From an uncultured Chthonomonadaceae bacterium (GTDB lineage Bacteria > Armatimonadota > Chthonomonadetes > Chthonomonadales > CAJBBX01), in the NCBI GenBank assembly GCA_964519955.1, contig CAZFLM010000014.1, positions 40,673-104,672 on the forward strand: a stretch of 64,000 nucleotides of DNA, written 5' to 3'. The translations under genes and the position numbers were made by a program. Below are positions 45,280-54,545 of this stretch, piece after piece (positions within the stretch are counted from its first letter, which is position 1; the number at the start of each line of letters is the position of its first letter). The notes below the pieces were generated by a model. The model saw only the letters and a program-made list of their open reading frames with translations, made no database searches and was not told the DNA's origin.

Positions 45280-46380
45280 CTACGGCGCCTCCGCCAGCGT
45301 CAGGTCGCCCTTCAGGCGGTCGCCTTCGCGTAGGATCACGATGGCTACCTTCTGGCCGATCTTGAGCTTCTCGGTGGCGTGGCGGAGGTCGTCGTCGGTG
45401 GCGAGCTTCTTGCCGTCGAACTCGACCACGATGTCGCCGGGCGAGATGCCGGCTTGATCGGCCGGGCTGCCGGGCACCACGCCCTGCACGAACGCGCCGT
45501 CTGTCGACTCAGCGCCGAAGCGGGCCATGATGTACTGCGTCACCGGCGTCGTGTACATGCCGGTCCACGGGCGGCGGATCTTGCCGTTCTTGCGCAGCTC
45601 GTCGGCGATGCGTGTGGCCACGTCCACCGGGATGGCGAACCCGACCCCGTTTGCGCTCTCCGCCACGAGGGTGTTGATGCCGATGAGCTTGCCCTCGCGG
45701 TCCACCAGCGCGCCGCCGGAGTTGCCGGGGTTGATCGCGCAGTCGGTCTGGATCAGGTTCTCGTAGACGCGATCGTTCACGCGGACCGGGCGGCCGAGGG
45801 CGCTGACGATGCCCTGGGTCACGGTGAAGCGCAGGCCCAGCGGGCTGCCGATGGCCACGGCGATTTGGCCTGGCACGAGGGTCTTGGCGGTGCCGATGCT
45901 GGCCACGGGCAGGTTGTCGCCCTTGATGCGCACCACGGCGATGTCCGTCGACCTGTCCGCGCCCACCACCTTGCCCTCGACCTTCTGGCCGGACTGCAGG
46001 GTGACGATGATACGGTCCGCGCCCTCGACGACATGCTGATTGGTGACGACGTCGCCCTCGGAGTTGATGATGACGCCCGATCCGGAGCCCGCTGCCACGC
46101 GTTGCGTCGGCCCGAGGAACTCCTCGCCGAAGATCGTGACGCGCCGCGTGCGGACCTTCCGCTCCGTGTCGATGTTGACGACGGCTCGCCCGCCGATGCG
46201 CGCCGCCCGCGCGTAGATCTCCTCGTTCGGCAGCGCCGGCCCCTCGGACAGCGCGCGCTCGGCCCGCTGCGCGTCGGCGTCCGGCTCCCGCCATGCGATG
46301 TGGATGTTCGGCAGCACCCAGATGCCAACCGCGAGAGCTGCCGCCATCGACACGACCCATCGACCCGTTCTTCTGCTCAT
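45280..46380 (-). CDS. htrA: HtrA/DegP-family S1C serine protease with a PDZ domain
   Basis: I chose the start ATG at 46380 (GGAGGGGAG RBS; N-terminal TM). Shows VVTNQHVV, DIAVVRI and NPGNSGGALVD (catalytic triad context), with a C-terminal PDZ domain. Confidence 0.88.
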   Translation of the reverse strand: MSRRTGRWVVSMAAALAVGIWVLPNIHIAWREPDADAQRAERALSEGPALPNEEIYARAARIGGRAVVNIDTERKVRTRRVTIFGEEFLGPTQRVAAGSGSGVIINSEGDVVTNQHVVEGADRIIVTLQSGQKVEGKVVGADRSTDIAVVRIKGDNLPVASIGTAKTLVPGQIAVAIGSPLGLRFTVTQGIVSALGRPVRVNDRVYENLIQTDCAINPGNSGGALVDREGKLIGINTLVAESANGVGFAIPVDVATRIADELRKNGKIRRPWTGMYTTPVTQYIMARFGAESTDGAFVQGVVPGSPADQAGISPGDIVVEFDGKKLATDDDLRHATEKLKIGQKVAIVILREGDRLKGDLTLAEAP

Positions 46381-46413
46381 CTCACTCCCCTCCGACGCAC
46401 GATCCGCCCTGAA

Positions 46414-46442
46414 TGGACGCACCCAATGCGACCGAGTATAAT
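46414..46442 (+). promoter_or_regulatory. Sigma-70-type promoter (TGGACG-17 nt-TATAAT) upstream of folK and the GspF-like cluster
   Basis: The hexamers are at 46414-46419 and 46437-46442, about 90 nt upstream of the folK ATG. Confidence 0.45.
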
Positions 46443-46532
46443 GGCGAGGCGGCGCATCGAAACCGCTGCCGATATGCCGCCGTAGTCCCTACGTCTCCCG
46501 TCTACTCCCTGGGCATCGATCGAGGACAGCCA

Positions 46533-47063
46533 ATGACCGCTGCGTACCTCAGCCTGGGCTCGAACCTCGGCGACCGAGTCGAGAACCTGCGAGCCGCCGT
46601 CAGGGCTCTCGATGGGCCGCAGTCCCGCCTCGTCGCGCTCTCTCCCATCTACGAGACGAAGCACGTCGGCGACACCGCGAATCCCGTTCCCGACTACCTG
46701 AATTGTGCCGCGCGCGTGGAGACCGACCTCGCGCCGCGCGACCTGCTGCATTATACTCGGGCCATCGAGGACGCTCTCGGTAGGGAGCGGCCGTCGCGCT
46801 GGGCGCCGCGCACCCTCGACATCGACCTGCTGCTCGTCGGCGACGAGGTGGTGGACGAGGCGGACCTGCAGGTGCCCCACCCCCGGCTGGCCGAGCGCGC
46901 CTTCGTGCTGATGCCGCTCGTCGACATCGCGCCCGACCTGCGCCTGCCTGACGGGCGCAGAGCTGCGGACCTGGCCGCCGACCCCACCGTGCTCGCCCAG
47001 GCCATCCGCCGCCGTTCGCTGCCCGACTGGCCGGCCACCGCGTCGCCCGGCCACACGGAGTAA
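46533..47063 (+). CDS. folK: 2-amino-4-hydroxy-6-hydroxymethyldihydropteridine diphosphokinase
   Basis: I chose the start ATG at 46533 (MTAAYLSLGSNLGDR). Shows RTLDIDLLL and VPHPRLAERAFVLMPL. Confidence 0.88.
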   Translation: MTAAYLSLGSNLGDRVENLRAAVRALDGPQSRLVALSPIYETKHVGDTANPVPDYLNCAARVETDLAPRDLLHYTRAIEDALGRERPSRWAPRTLDIDLLLVGDEVVDEADLQVPHPRLAERAFVLMPLVDIAPDLRLPDGRRAADLAADPTVLAQAIRRRSLPDWPATASPGHTE

Positions 47064-47070
47064 CCGACCG

Positions 47071-48330
47071 ATGCCCTTCTTCCACTACGAGGCCGTCGAC
47101 AGCGGCGGCAAGCAGATCTCGGGCACGATGAACGCGACGGCAGAGTCGGATGTCACGACGAATCTGACGGAGCGCGGTTTCACCCAGGTGACGATCTTCC
47201 CGCCGCGCGGCGCCGCCAACGGCACCGCGAGCAGCCCATCCAACCGGTCGATGAGCATGAAGGCCCAGCCGCAGGCCGCGCCTGTCGCAGCGCCGCGGTC
47301 GCCGGACGAGCCGCGCAAGATGACCGCGAAGCCGAAGGACAGCGCGCTCTTCTACCGCCAGCTCGCCGCCCTCGTGCGCTCAGGCATCTCCATCTTCCAA
47401 GCGCTCGACAACCTGGGCCCACGCACCACGCAGCCCGCCTACCGCTTCGCCGCGAGGGAGATGGCGGACGCCACGCGCAACGGCGGCCCGATGTCGGAGG
47501 TGATGGCACGCCACCCGTCGCTCTTCCCCGACCACGTGGTGGCCGCGGTGAAGGCCGGCGAGACCGGCGGCTTCATCGAGGTCGTTCTGGACGAGATCGG
47601 CTACGAGTACGAGCAGCACACCGCCTTCTACAAGGGCATGGCGATTCCCACAATCCTGGTGATCCAACAGCTCTTCGCGATCGCCGTTGCCCAGCCGCTG
47701 TTCCCGACGCTGTTCCCGCTCTTCCAGGTCGCCAACTACCTGATCGCCGTCGGGCGGAACACCGTCATCGTGTGCGCACTCATCTACCTGGCGCGCCTCT
47801 ACACCAGGTGGCTCTGCAGACCCGAGAACGAACAGAGGCGCCATCGAATGCTCCTCAAAGCGCCCATCTTTGGCGATCTGGCGCGCCAGAGGGCGCTTGC
47901 AGCCTTCGTCAGGATGATGCGCCGCCTCTACGGCGCGGGGATCGGCCCGATCGGTACCTGGGAGGGCGCAATGCATGTGCCGGGCAACGCCATCATCCGG
48001 GACAAGCTCGTGGACGCATACGGCCTCGTCCGCAGCGGAGTGCCGATCCACGAAGCGTTCTCGACCACCGGCCTCTTCGCGAACGAGATGGAGCAACTCC
48101 TGGCCACGGGCTTCGTGACCGGCGAGGTCGTCGAGACGTTGGACCGCGTGGCCGAGTACTACCAGGACAACGTGGACCGAGCGTTCAGGAACGCGCGGTT
48201 CACCATGTGGCGCATCGCCATCTGCACCATGATCATCCTCATCGGAGCGACGCTGATCTTGATGACCAAGACGTACTTCGAGGGGATCTTCAAGACGGTC
48301 GAGGACTGGTTCCCCGAAATGAAGGGTTAA
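47071..48330 (+). CDS. Type II secretion system F family (GspF/PilC-like) platform protein, paralogue 1
   Basis: 419 aa. PilC-type N-terminus MPFFHYEAVDSGGKQISGTMNA..., two T2SSF-like repeats (LFYRQLAALVRSGISIFQAL...; LAAFVRMMRRLYGAGIGPI...) and TM helices. Confidence 0.8.
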   Translation: MPFFHYEAVDSGGKQISGTMNATAESDVTTNLTERGFTQVTIFPPRGAANGTASSPSNRSMSMKAQPQAAPVAAPRSPDEPRKMTAKPKDSALFYRQLAALVRSGISIFQALDNLGPRTTQPAYRFAAREMADATRNGGPMSEVMARHPSLFPDHVVAAVKAGETGGFIEVVLDEIGYEYEQHTAFYKGMAIPTILVIQQLFAIAVAQPLFPTLFPLFQVANYLIAVGRNTVIVCALIYLARLYTRWLCRPENEQRRHRMLLKAPIFGDLARQRALAAFVRMMRRLYGAGIGPIGTWEGAMHVPGNAIIRDKLVDAYGLVRSGVPIHEAFSTTGLFANEMEQLLATGFVTGEVVETLDRVAEYYQDNVDRAFRNARFTMWRIAICTMIILIGATLILMTKTYFEGIFKTVEDWFPEMKG

Positions 48331-48350
48331 CGCCGGAGCGCGCCTCTCAC

Positions 48351-49553
48351 ATGCCGCAGTTCATCTACGTGGCGAAGGGACGAGACGGAGGCACGGTGTC
48401 CGGCTCCGCCGAGGCGCCGAACTCCGCGCTCGCGCTCGGCCGCCTGCGCGAGCAGGGGCTGAACGTCGAGACCATCCGCTGCGCGCGCCCGGAGAACGTA
48501 GGCTCCGCCTGGCTGGAGGCCCTCCGGCGCGAGGTGATCTGGCCGGTGCGCTACCGCGTGCGGCCGGACGAGGTCGGCGTCTTCCTCCGCATCCTGCGCC
48601 TCTGCTGGAAGCACAACCTGCCCATCCAGGAGGCGCTCGGCCACCTCGCGCGCTGCACGCGGAACCGGCACATGGCCGACGTGCTGCAGGATGCCTACCA
48701 GTATGTATCGGAGGGCGGCCGCCTCTCGGTGCTGATGGCTGCGCGCCCCTGGGTCTTCCGCCCCGAGCAGATCGAGATGGTGGCGTCGGCTGAGGAGGTG
48801 GGCGGTCTCGAGCGCGCGCTCGACGAGCTGATCGTCCGCGTCGACGTCGACCTGGAGCTGCGCCGGTTCCTCTTCCCGCTGACCGTGACGTGGTGGGTCA
48901 TGCTTGCCATCGCCTGCCTGACCCTCGGGCAGAGCGGGTTGACGCTGCGCATGCCCGCCGCCGCACGCATCTACCTCCATGGCTTCGGCCTGGCCGACGT
49001 CCTCGACACGCTCGGCTTCACGCTGCTCGTCGCCGGGCTCGTCTGCGCAGTCATCGCCGCGTTCAGGGTGGCAGCATCCTTCAACCCCTCGGTTGCCCGT
49101 GCCTGGGCGATCCTGCGCCGCACCATCCCTCTGCTCGGCGGCATTCAGCGCTCCTTCACCGCCGCACGCTTCTGCCGCACCTTCGCCTGCACGTTCGGCT
49201 CCGGCCTCACCCTGGGTCCGGCGATTCGCGCGGCGGGGCGCTCGTCCGGCGACGCCGAGCTGGAGGACGCCGCACAGCGAGTTGCGGTCGACACAGGCTA
49301 TGGCGCTCCTCTCGCACATTCCTTCGCCCGCACGAAGCGCTTCCCGCCGGAGGTCATCAGCTACCTGCAGACAGGCGAGGTGTCCGGGCGCGTCGACGAG
49401 CTGATGAACCACGTGGCCGAGCAACTCGAGCGCGACGCGATGTTCCAGATACACAGGCTCACCATCGGTGTGGCGTTTGTGGTGGTAATGTCGCTGCTCG
49501 GACGGTGCATGGTGGCGGTCGGGATGCCCGCGTCGCCGCACCGGCCCGTATAA
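48351..49553 (+). CDS. GspF/PilC-like platform protein, paralogue 2
   Basis: I chose the start ATG at 48351 (MPQFIYVAKGRDGGTVSGSAEAPNSALALGRLREQGLNVETI). Two T2SSF-like repeats are present. The upstream part of the track ORF was rejected. Confidence 0.75.
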   Translation: MPQFIYVAKGRDGGTVSGSAEAPNSALALGRLREQGLNVETIRCARPENVGSAWLEALRREVIWPVRYRVRPDEVGVFLRILRLCWKHNLPIQEALGHLARCTRNRHMADVLQDAYQYVSEGGRLSVLMAARPWVFRPEQIEMVASAEEVGGLERALDELIVRVDVDLELRRFLFPLTVTWWVMLAIACLTLGQSGLTLRMPAAARIYLHGFGLADVLDTLGFTLLVAGLVCAVIAAFRVAASFNPSVARAWAILRRTIPLLGGIQRSFTAARFCRTFACTFGSGLTLGPAIRAAGRSSGDAELEDAAQRVAVDTGYGAPLAHSFARTKRFPPEVISYLQTGEVSGRVDELMNHVAEQLERDAMFQIHRLTIGVAFVVVMSLLGRCMVAVGMPASPHRPV

Positions 49554-49773
49554 CGGCGGCCAGCCGCACTCGCACCGTCGCTCCCCTACTGCCGCGCCCC
49601 GCACCTGCCGAGCATCCCAGTAGGGCGCATCCGCATTTGTACCAGGCGCCTCACCGGCGCGCGGCAGGAACTCGCCCCCAGAGCCGCTAACTGGTGAGCG
49701 TCCACGTTGAGTGTAGGCCCCGCACGTTTGGTGAGCCGGCAGCAGACAGGGCCGCAGATAGGCAGAGGTCACC

Positions 49774-51039
49774 ATGCCCGACTTCGCATACATCGCCAAA
49801 GACCGCACCGGACGCGTCGTCCAGGGCACCATCCAGGCCGACAACTCGGCGCTCGCCATGGGCCGGGTGCGCGAGATGGGCTACGAGGTGGAACGCCTGC
49901 GCATCGTGGCCCCAAGCCGCCGGAACGTGGGCCTCGCCCGGCGCTTCGCGGAGAGCTTCGTCTATCCGGTGGTCTCCGGCGTGCCGCTGAAGGTGCTGGC
50001 CATCTTCTACCGCCAGCTCGCGACCATGATCAACGCGGGAATTCCGCTGTACCAGGCGCTGACGACGCTGCAGCACCAGACGCGCAACGCGAAGCTCGCG
50101 GCCATCACCGAGGATGCCAGCCGCCACGTGCTGGAAGGCGGCCCGCTCTCGGAGGTGATGGACCGCTACAACTGGGTGTTCAACGAGCTGCAGGTCGAGA
50201 TGATCCGCGCGGCGGAACACGGCGGCATGCTCGACCAGATGCTCAACCGCATCGCCGACTACCTGGAGCAGGAGCTGGCGCTCCGCCGGCTCATCAGCCG
50301 CCTCACCATCTACCCGAAGATCGTCCTGTTCATCGCGATGATGATTCTGGGTAAGTCGTGCTTCACCGACTTCGAGCACCCATTCGTGCCGGCGCTCGCG
50401 CGCCTCGTCCTCGGCCAGATCGGCAAGGACGCGTACACCCCGGTCGACTACTTCTGGGACACCGCCGGGTTCCTGGCGATCCTCGGGCTCTGCGTCTTCG
50501 CCGTGGTCGCGTTCTGCCGCCTCACCCTGTTCCAGAGCGACGCCGCGCGGATGGGCTACGAGCGCTTCAAGCACGCCATACCGGGCTTCGGCACGGTGTC
50601 GCGGCAGTTCGCGCTCGCCAAGTTCGGGCGGGCGTTCGGCGCGCTCTACGCCGGGGGCCTGCCGCTGAACACCGCCATCGGCATCGCGGGCCGGGCGAGC
50701 GGCAGCAAGGTCATCGGCCAGGCGACGCAGCGGGCCGTTCGGGCCGCCGACCGCGGCGCGACGCTCTCACAGGCGTTCCGCGAGACGCAGGCGTTCCCGC
50801 ACATGGTCCTCGACATGCTGGAGACCGGCGAGCGCACGGGCAATGTGGACGCGATGATGCACAAGGTCGCCGAGTACCTGGAGGGCGAGGCCGAGTCGAA
50901 GGCGCACATCTACTCCAACATCTTCGCGGTCGTCGTCGGCCTGATCGTTGCGATGCTCGTGGGCTATGCCATCATCCGGTTCTACATGGGCTTCGCGGGC
51001 GGCGTCGGCCAGGCAGTGAACGCCGGAGAGGGTGAGTAA
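49774..51039 (+). CDS. GspF/PilC-like platform protein, paralogue 3
   Basis: 421 aa. Shows [42 protein letters not shown] and [19 protein letters not shown]..., with two T2SSF-like repeats. Confidence 0.8.
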   Translation: MPDFAYIAKDRTGRVVQGTIQADNSALAMGRVREMGYEVERLRIVAPSRRNVGLARRFAESFVYPVVSGVPLKVLAIFYRQLATMINAGIPLYQALTTLQHQTRNAKLAAITEDASRHVLEGGPLSEVMDRYNWVFNELQVEMIRAAEHGGMLDQMLNRIADYLEQELALRRLISRLTIYPKIVLFIAMMILGKSCFTDFEHPFVPALARLVLGQIGKDAYTPVDYFWDTAGFLAILGLCVFAVVAFCRLTLFQSDAARMGYERFKHAIPGFGTVSRQFALAKFGRAFGALYAGGLPLNTAIGIAGRASGSKVIGQATQRAVRAADRGATLSQAFRETQAFPHMVLDMLETGERTGNVDAMMHKVAEYLEGEAESKAHIYSNIFAVVVGLIVAMLVGYAIIRFYMGFAGGVGQAVNAGEGE

Positions 51040-51042
51040 GCT

Positions 51043-52188
51043 GTGGCGCACGCACTGAGACTCAGGAAGCCCGAGATCACCGGGCCCATCCGACCGCCGC
51101 GCGCTGCGACGATTCCCCGCGCGATGTGGTCGGTGTTCGTGTCGCGCGGGCTGAGGCCGGCAGCTCCTGGCGTACGTCTGTCCGAGATCGCCGCGCTGCT
51201 TCGGTCGCTCGCCACGCTCGTCGGCGCCGGCATCCCGCTGTACCAGGCGCTGGACACGGCCTCGCGGCAGAACCACGCGCCGGTCGTCGCCGAGGCGCTG
51301 CGCCGGGCGGCCGACCGGGTGCTGGAAGGCGGCCGCATGTCGGAGGTGCTGGCGCGCTACCCGCACGTCTTCAGCGTGCTGCACGTCGAGATGCTGCGCT
51401 TCGCGGAAGAGGCCGGCAAGATCGACACGATCCTGGCGCTGCTGGCCGACTACGCGGAGCAGGAAGTGCGCCTCCGGCAGCTCGTCAGCCGCCTCACGAT
51501 CTACCCGAAGCTGCTGGCGTTCGTGGCCTACATGATCATCGGAAGCGGCTTCTACAACGGCTCCGCGTTCTTTGCCATCTCCCTCTGGGTCATCTCCGGC
51601 GACACGAACCGCTACCTGATGGACACGCTCGGCGTGCTGGCCGTGTTCGCGGTCCTGGTGTTCCTTGCGGTGGCCGTGTTCCGCGTTCTGCTGTTCTCGC
51701 GCCCGGCGGTCGCCCGAGCGTACGAGCAGCTCAAGATGGCCCTGCCCGGCGTGGGCGGCTGCTCGCGGCGATTCGCGTTCGCGCGGTTCGGCCGGGCGCT
51801 GGGCGCCACCTACGAGGCGGGCATCCCGATCTTCAGCGCCATCCGCATCGCCGGCGACGCCTGCGGGAACGCCACCATCCGGCAGGCGATGCAGGACATC
51901 GTGACCTACGTCGAGCGCGGAGCGACTCTCTCGCAGGCGTTCGGCGCGACGGGCGTGTTCCCCGGGATGGTGCTGCAGATGCTGGGTACCGGCGAGCAGA
52001 CGGGGAACGTGGACGCGATGATGTACAAGGTGGCCGAGTACCTGGAGGGGGAGGCAGAGACCAAGGCACACGTGAACGCCTTCATCTTCAGCGTGTCGCT
52101 CTACGCACTCCTCGCGCTGATCATCGCGTCGCAGATCATCGCCGCGTGGGGGCGCTATGCCGCCGGCGTCTCCGGGATGATGCAGTGA
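51043..52188 (+). CDS. GspF/PilC-like platform protein, paralogue 4 (lacks the PilC-type N-terminal domain)
   Basis: 381 aa. The GTG start is 3 nt after the paralogue 3 stop (the start is uncertain). [19 protein letters not shown]... and [23 protein letters not shown] are closely similar to paralogue 3. Confidence 0.75.
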   Translation: MAHALRLRKPEITGPIRPPRAATIPRAMWSVFVSRGLRPAAPGVRLSEIAALLRSLATLVGAGIPLYQALDTASRQNHAPVVAEALRRAADRVLEGGRMSEVLARYPHVFSVLHVEMLRFAEEAGKIDTILALLADYAEQEVRLRQLVSRLTIYPKLLAFVAYMIIGSGFYNGSAFFAISLWVISGDTNRYLMDTLGVLAVFAVLVFLAVAVFRVLLFSRPAVARAYEQLKMALPGVGGCSRRFAFARFGRALGATYEAGIPIFSAIRIAGDACGNATIRQAMQDIVTYVERGATLSQAFGATGVFPGMVLQMLGTGEQTGNVDAMMYKVAEYLEGEAETKAHVNAFIFSVSLYALLALIIASQIIAAWGRYAAGVSGMMQ

Positions 52189-53372
52189 CCGGGCGCAACC
52201 TCTACGAGGTACTGGGGCTGGGAACCAGGGCCACGACGGACGAGATCCGCTCGCGGTACCGCGAACTGGCACGCCGCTATCACCCCGACGTCGCGAAGGC
52301 GCCGGATGCGGCGGAGAAGTTCAAGGAGATCAACCACGCGAACCAGATCCTCTCGGACCCCAAGCGGCGCGCGGCCTACGACGCTGAGCTGAAGCTTGCC
52401 GAGGCCCGGCGCGCGCGCCACGCGGCTGCGGCACAGCCCCGCCCCGGGCCGCCGCAGGGCCCACCGCCGCAGGGCGGACCGCAGCGGCCGACCTCGCCGC
52501 GCCCATCGCGTCCGGCGCCGACGGTGGCGCAGCAGATCGACGCGATCATGAACGAGGCGCACGGGCGGTTCCGCCGCATGCGGTTCCGCGAGGCCGAGGC
52601 CTACTGCCGGCAGGCGCTGCGCGTGGACCGCCAGTGCGGCGCTGCGTACGAGCTGCTAGGGGACATCCATCGGGCGCGGGGCCGGGCCGACGAGGCTCTG
52701 GCGATGTACAGCTTCGTGCTGCAGCTCGACCCGAACAATCACGGCGCGCGGGCGAAGTTCGACCGTATGGCAGGGAAGCCCGACCCTCCGCGGCGAACCG
52801 CAACAGGATCGGGCTCCCACACTACCAGACCCGCACCATCCCGCGACCCGCTGCGGGCGATCTCGCCCACGCGCGCCGCAGTGACAGCCATCGGATCGGC
52901 GGTCTTGTTGTTCCTCGTGATCGTCGTTGCGCGAGACGGCGGAGGTACACCGTCATGGCTACCGCTCGAGTGGAGCGGGCTCACCATATTCGCGCTGGCC
53001 ACCTCGGGACTTTTGAGCGGCCTGCTCCTCGCACTGAACGATGTCGTCCAGGGCGCCCAAGCCGAGTTCGCAGTATCCTCGTCCCGTAACGCCGTCGGTC
53101 GTCGAGTATTGCCTCTCGGGATCGCCCTGACCGGGTTCTCCCTCGTGTGGTTCTACGCCGCCTTCGCCGTGTTCATGATGGTCGCCTTCGCGCAGGAGAC
53201 GGTTTCCCGGTCCATCCTGCGCGCATTCGCCGCGAGCTTCGGGCTGGTGGCCTTGTTCGCGCTGGTGAGAATCGACAGCGCATTCCCGCTGCTCGTATGT
53301 GGCGGCAACCTGGTCTTCCCCGCCTTCATCGTGGGCTGGATCGCGGGGGACGCGTTCCGCGATCGCTCCTAG
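52185..53372 (+). CDS. J-domain (DnaJ-like) + TPR-like + C-terminal multi-TM membrane protein
   Basis: The GTG start 52185 overlaps the paralogue 4 stop (GTGA). The J-domain is [32 protein letters not shown]...[12 protein letters not shown]-rich linker, a TPR-like helical segment and about 5 predicted TM helices follow. The upstream 353 aa of the track ORF were rejected. Confidence 0.75.
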   Translation: MTGRNLYEVLGLGTRATTDEIRSRYRELARRYHPDVAKAPDAAEKFKEINHANQILSDPKRRAAYDAELKLAEARRARHAAAAQPRPGPPQGPPPQGGPQRPTSPRPSRPAPTVAQQIDAIMNEAHGRFRRMRFREAEAYCRQALRVDRQCGAAYELLGDIHRARGRADEALAMYSFVLQLDPNNHGARAKFDRMAGKPDPPRRTATGSGSHTTRPAPSRDPLRAISPTRAAVTAIGSAVLLFLVIVVARDGGGTPSWLPLEWSGLTIFALATSGLLSGLLLALNDVVQGAQAEFAVSSSRNAVGRRVLPLGIALTGFSLVWFYAAFAVFMMVAFAQETVSRSILRAFAASFGLVALFALVRIDSAFPLLVCGGNLVFPAFIVGWIAGDAFRDRS

Positions 53373-53420
53373 AGACGTAGCCCAAACCGTACCGGCCGGT
53401 GGCAGGTCTCACGATGAGGC

Positions 53421-53450
53421 CGACAAGGGCCGCACGTCCTCCCCTTGTCG
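53421..53450. terminator. Bidirectional hairpin between the J-domain gene and cspA
   Basis: A 9-bp stem, CGACAAGGG / CCCTTGTCG, with a 12-nt loop. Confidence 0.5.
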
Positions 53451-53506
53451 TCAAACAACGCATGCGCGATGCCGAGACACACGGCGATCACGCCCGTTCG
53501 GCGAAG

Positions 53507-53710
53507 CTAGGCGATCGGGGCGACGTTCGCAGCCTGCGGGCCCTTCGTGCCCTGCACAACCTCGAACTGCACCTTCTGGCCTTCGCTGAGGGTCTTGAAT
53601 CCATCGCCGGTGATCGCGGAGTAGTGAACGAAGATGTCCTTCATCCCCTCACACTCGATGAACCCGTAGCCCTTCGCCTCGTTGAACCACTTGACCTTAC
53701 CCTGCGGCAT
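53507..53710 (-). CDS. cspA: Cold-shock protein (CspA family)
   Basis: I chose the start ATG at 53710 (AAGGAGG RBS). The sequence is [33 protein letters not shown]... Confidence 0.92.
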   Translation of the reverse strand: MPQGKVKWFNEAKGYGFIECEGMKDIFVHYSAITGDGFKTLSEGQKVQFEVVQGTKGPQAANVAPIA

Positions 53711-53767
53711 AGCTTGTAGAACCTCCTTGACATTCCCGACGGCCACTCCTGTGTGTGGCGTCGGGGC

Positions 53768-53797
53768 ACTATACCACGGGTTATTTAGCCGTGTCAA
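53768..53797 (-). promoter_or_regulatory. Sigma-70-type promoter of cspA (TTGACA-18 nt-TATAGT)
   Basis: The hexamers are read on the minus strand at 53797-53792 and 53773-53768. AT-rich DNA lies upstream, and the roughly 50-nt leader contains a hairpin. Confidence 0.6.
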
Positions 53798-53873
53798 GCG
53801 TCCACACGCACATTTTAGGAGTCACATTCCTAATTGTGTTGCTACCGCCGCCGACCAGGCAAATCCGCGAGCG

Positions 53874-54545
53874 TCAAGGCTCCTCGAGGCTCAGTACGGC
53901 GGCCAGACGCTCCGGATCGTCGCAGACCAACTCCGGCTGCTCCGCCAGCAGCACCGGCCGCGGCGCCGCGCCCCAGGTGACCGCGCAGCGGCGCACCCCG
54001 GCGCCCTCGCCCGCCTGCATGTCGTGAACCGTGTCGCCGATGAACACCGCCTCGCCGGGCGCCACGCCGCAGCGCTCGGTAGCCACCACCACGCTCTCGG
54101 GGTCCGGCTTCGGGCGCGCGACGTCGTCCGCCGTCACCACGTGGTCGACGAAGTCGGCGATGCCCAGGCGCGGCAGCGTGTTGCGGATCTCCGCGTGGTT
54201 CTTCGAGGTGACGAGCGCCGTGGGGATGCCCAGGCGGTGCCCAAGGCGCAGCACCTCGACCGCGGGCTCGATGATGCGCTCGTGGTGGCGGCGCTCCTCG
54301 TAGTAGCGCACGAACTCGCCTTCCATCTCGGCCTGGTCGACGCCGAACTGGTCGAGTTCGCCGAAGATGCGCACCTGGTCCTTCAGTGGCATGCCGATGA
54401 GCGCGCGGATCTCGTCGCGAGGAAGGGTGCGGCCGATGAACGTGCGGTACGCGTGGTCAAGCGCCGCGACGATGAGGTCGGTCGTGTCGATGAGAGTCCC
54501 GTCGATATCCCAGAGCAGGGCGCGGGGTCGCTGCGCCCCCCTCAC
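53874..54545 (-). CDS. HAD-superfamily hydrolase (phosphoglycolate phosphatase-like)
   Basis: The GTG start 54545 overlaps the purM stop (GTGA). Shows LLWDIDGTLIDT (motif I), VTSK and FIGDTVHDMQAG. Confidence 0.75.
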   Translation of the reverse strand: MRGAQRPRALLWDIDGTLIDTTDLIVAALDHAYRTFIGRTLPRDEIRALIGMPLKDQVRIFGELDQFGVDQAEMEGEFVRYYEERRHHERIIEPAVEVLRLGHRLGIPTALVTSKNHAEIRNTLPRLGIADFVDHVVTADDVARPKPDPESVVVATERCGVAPGEAVFIGDTVHDMQAGEGAGVRRCAVTWGAAPRPVLLAEQPELVCDDPERLAAVLSLEEP

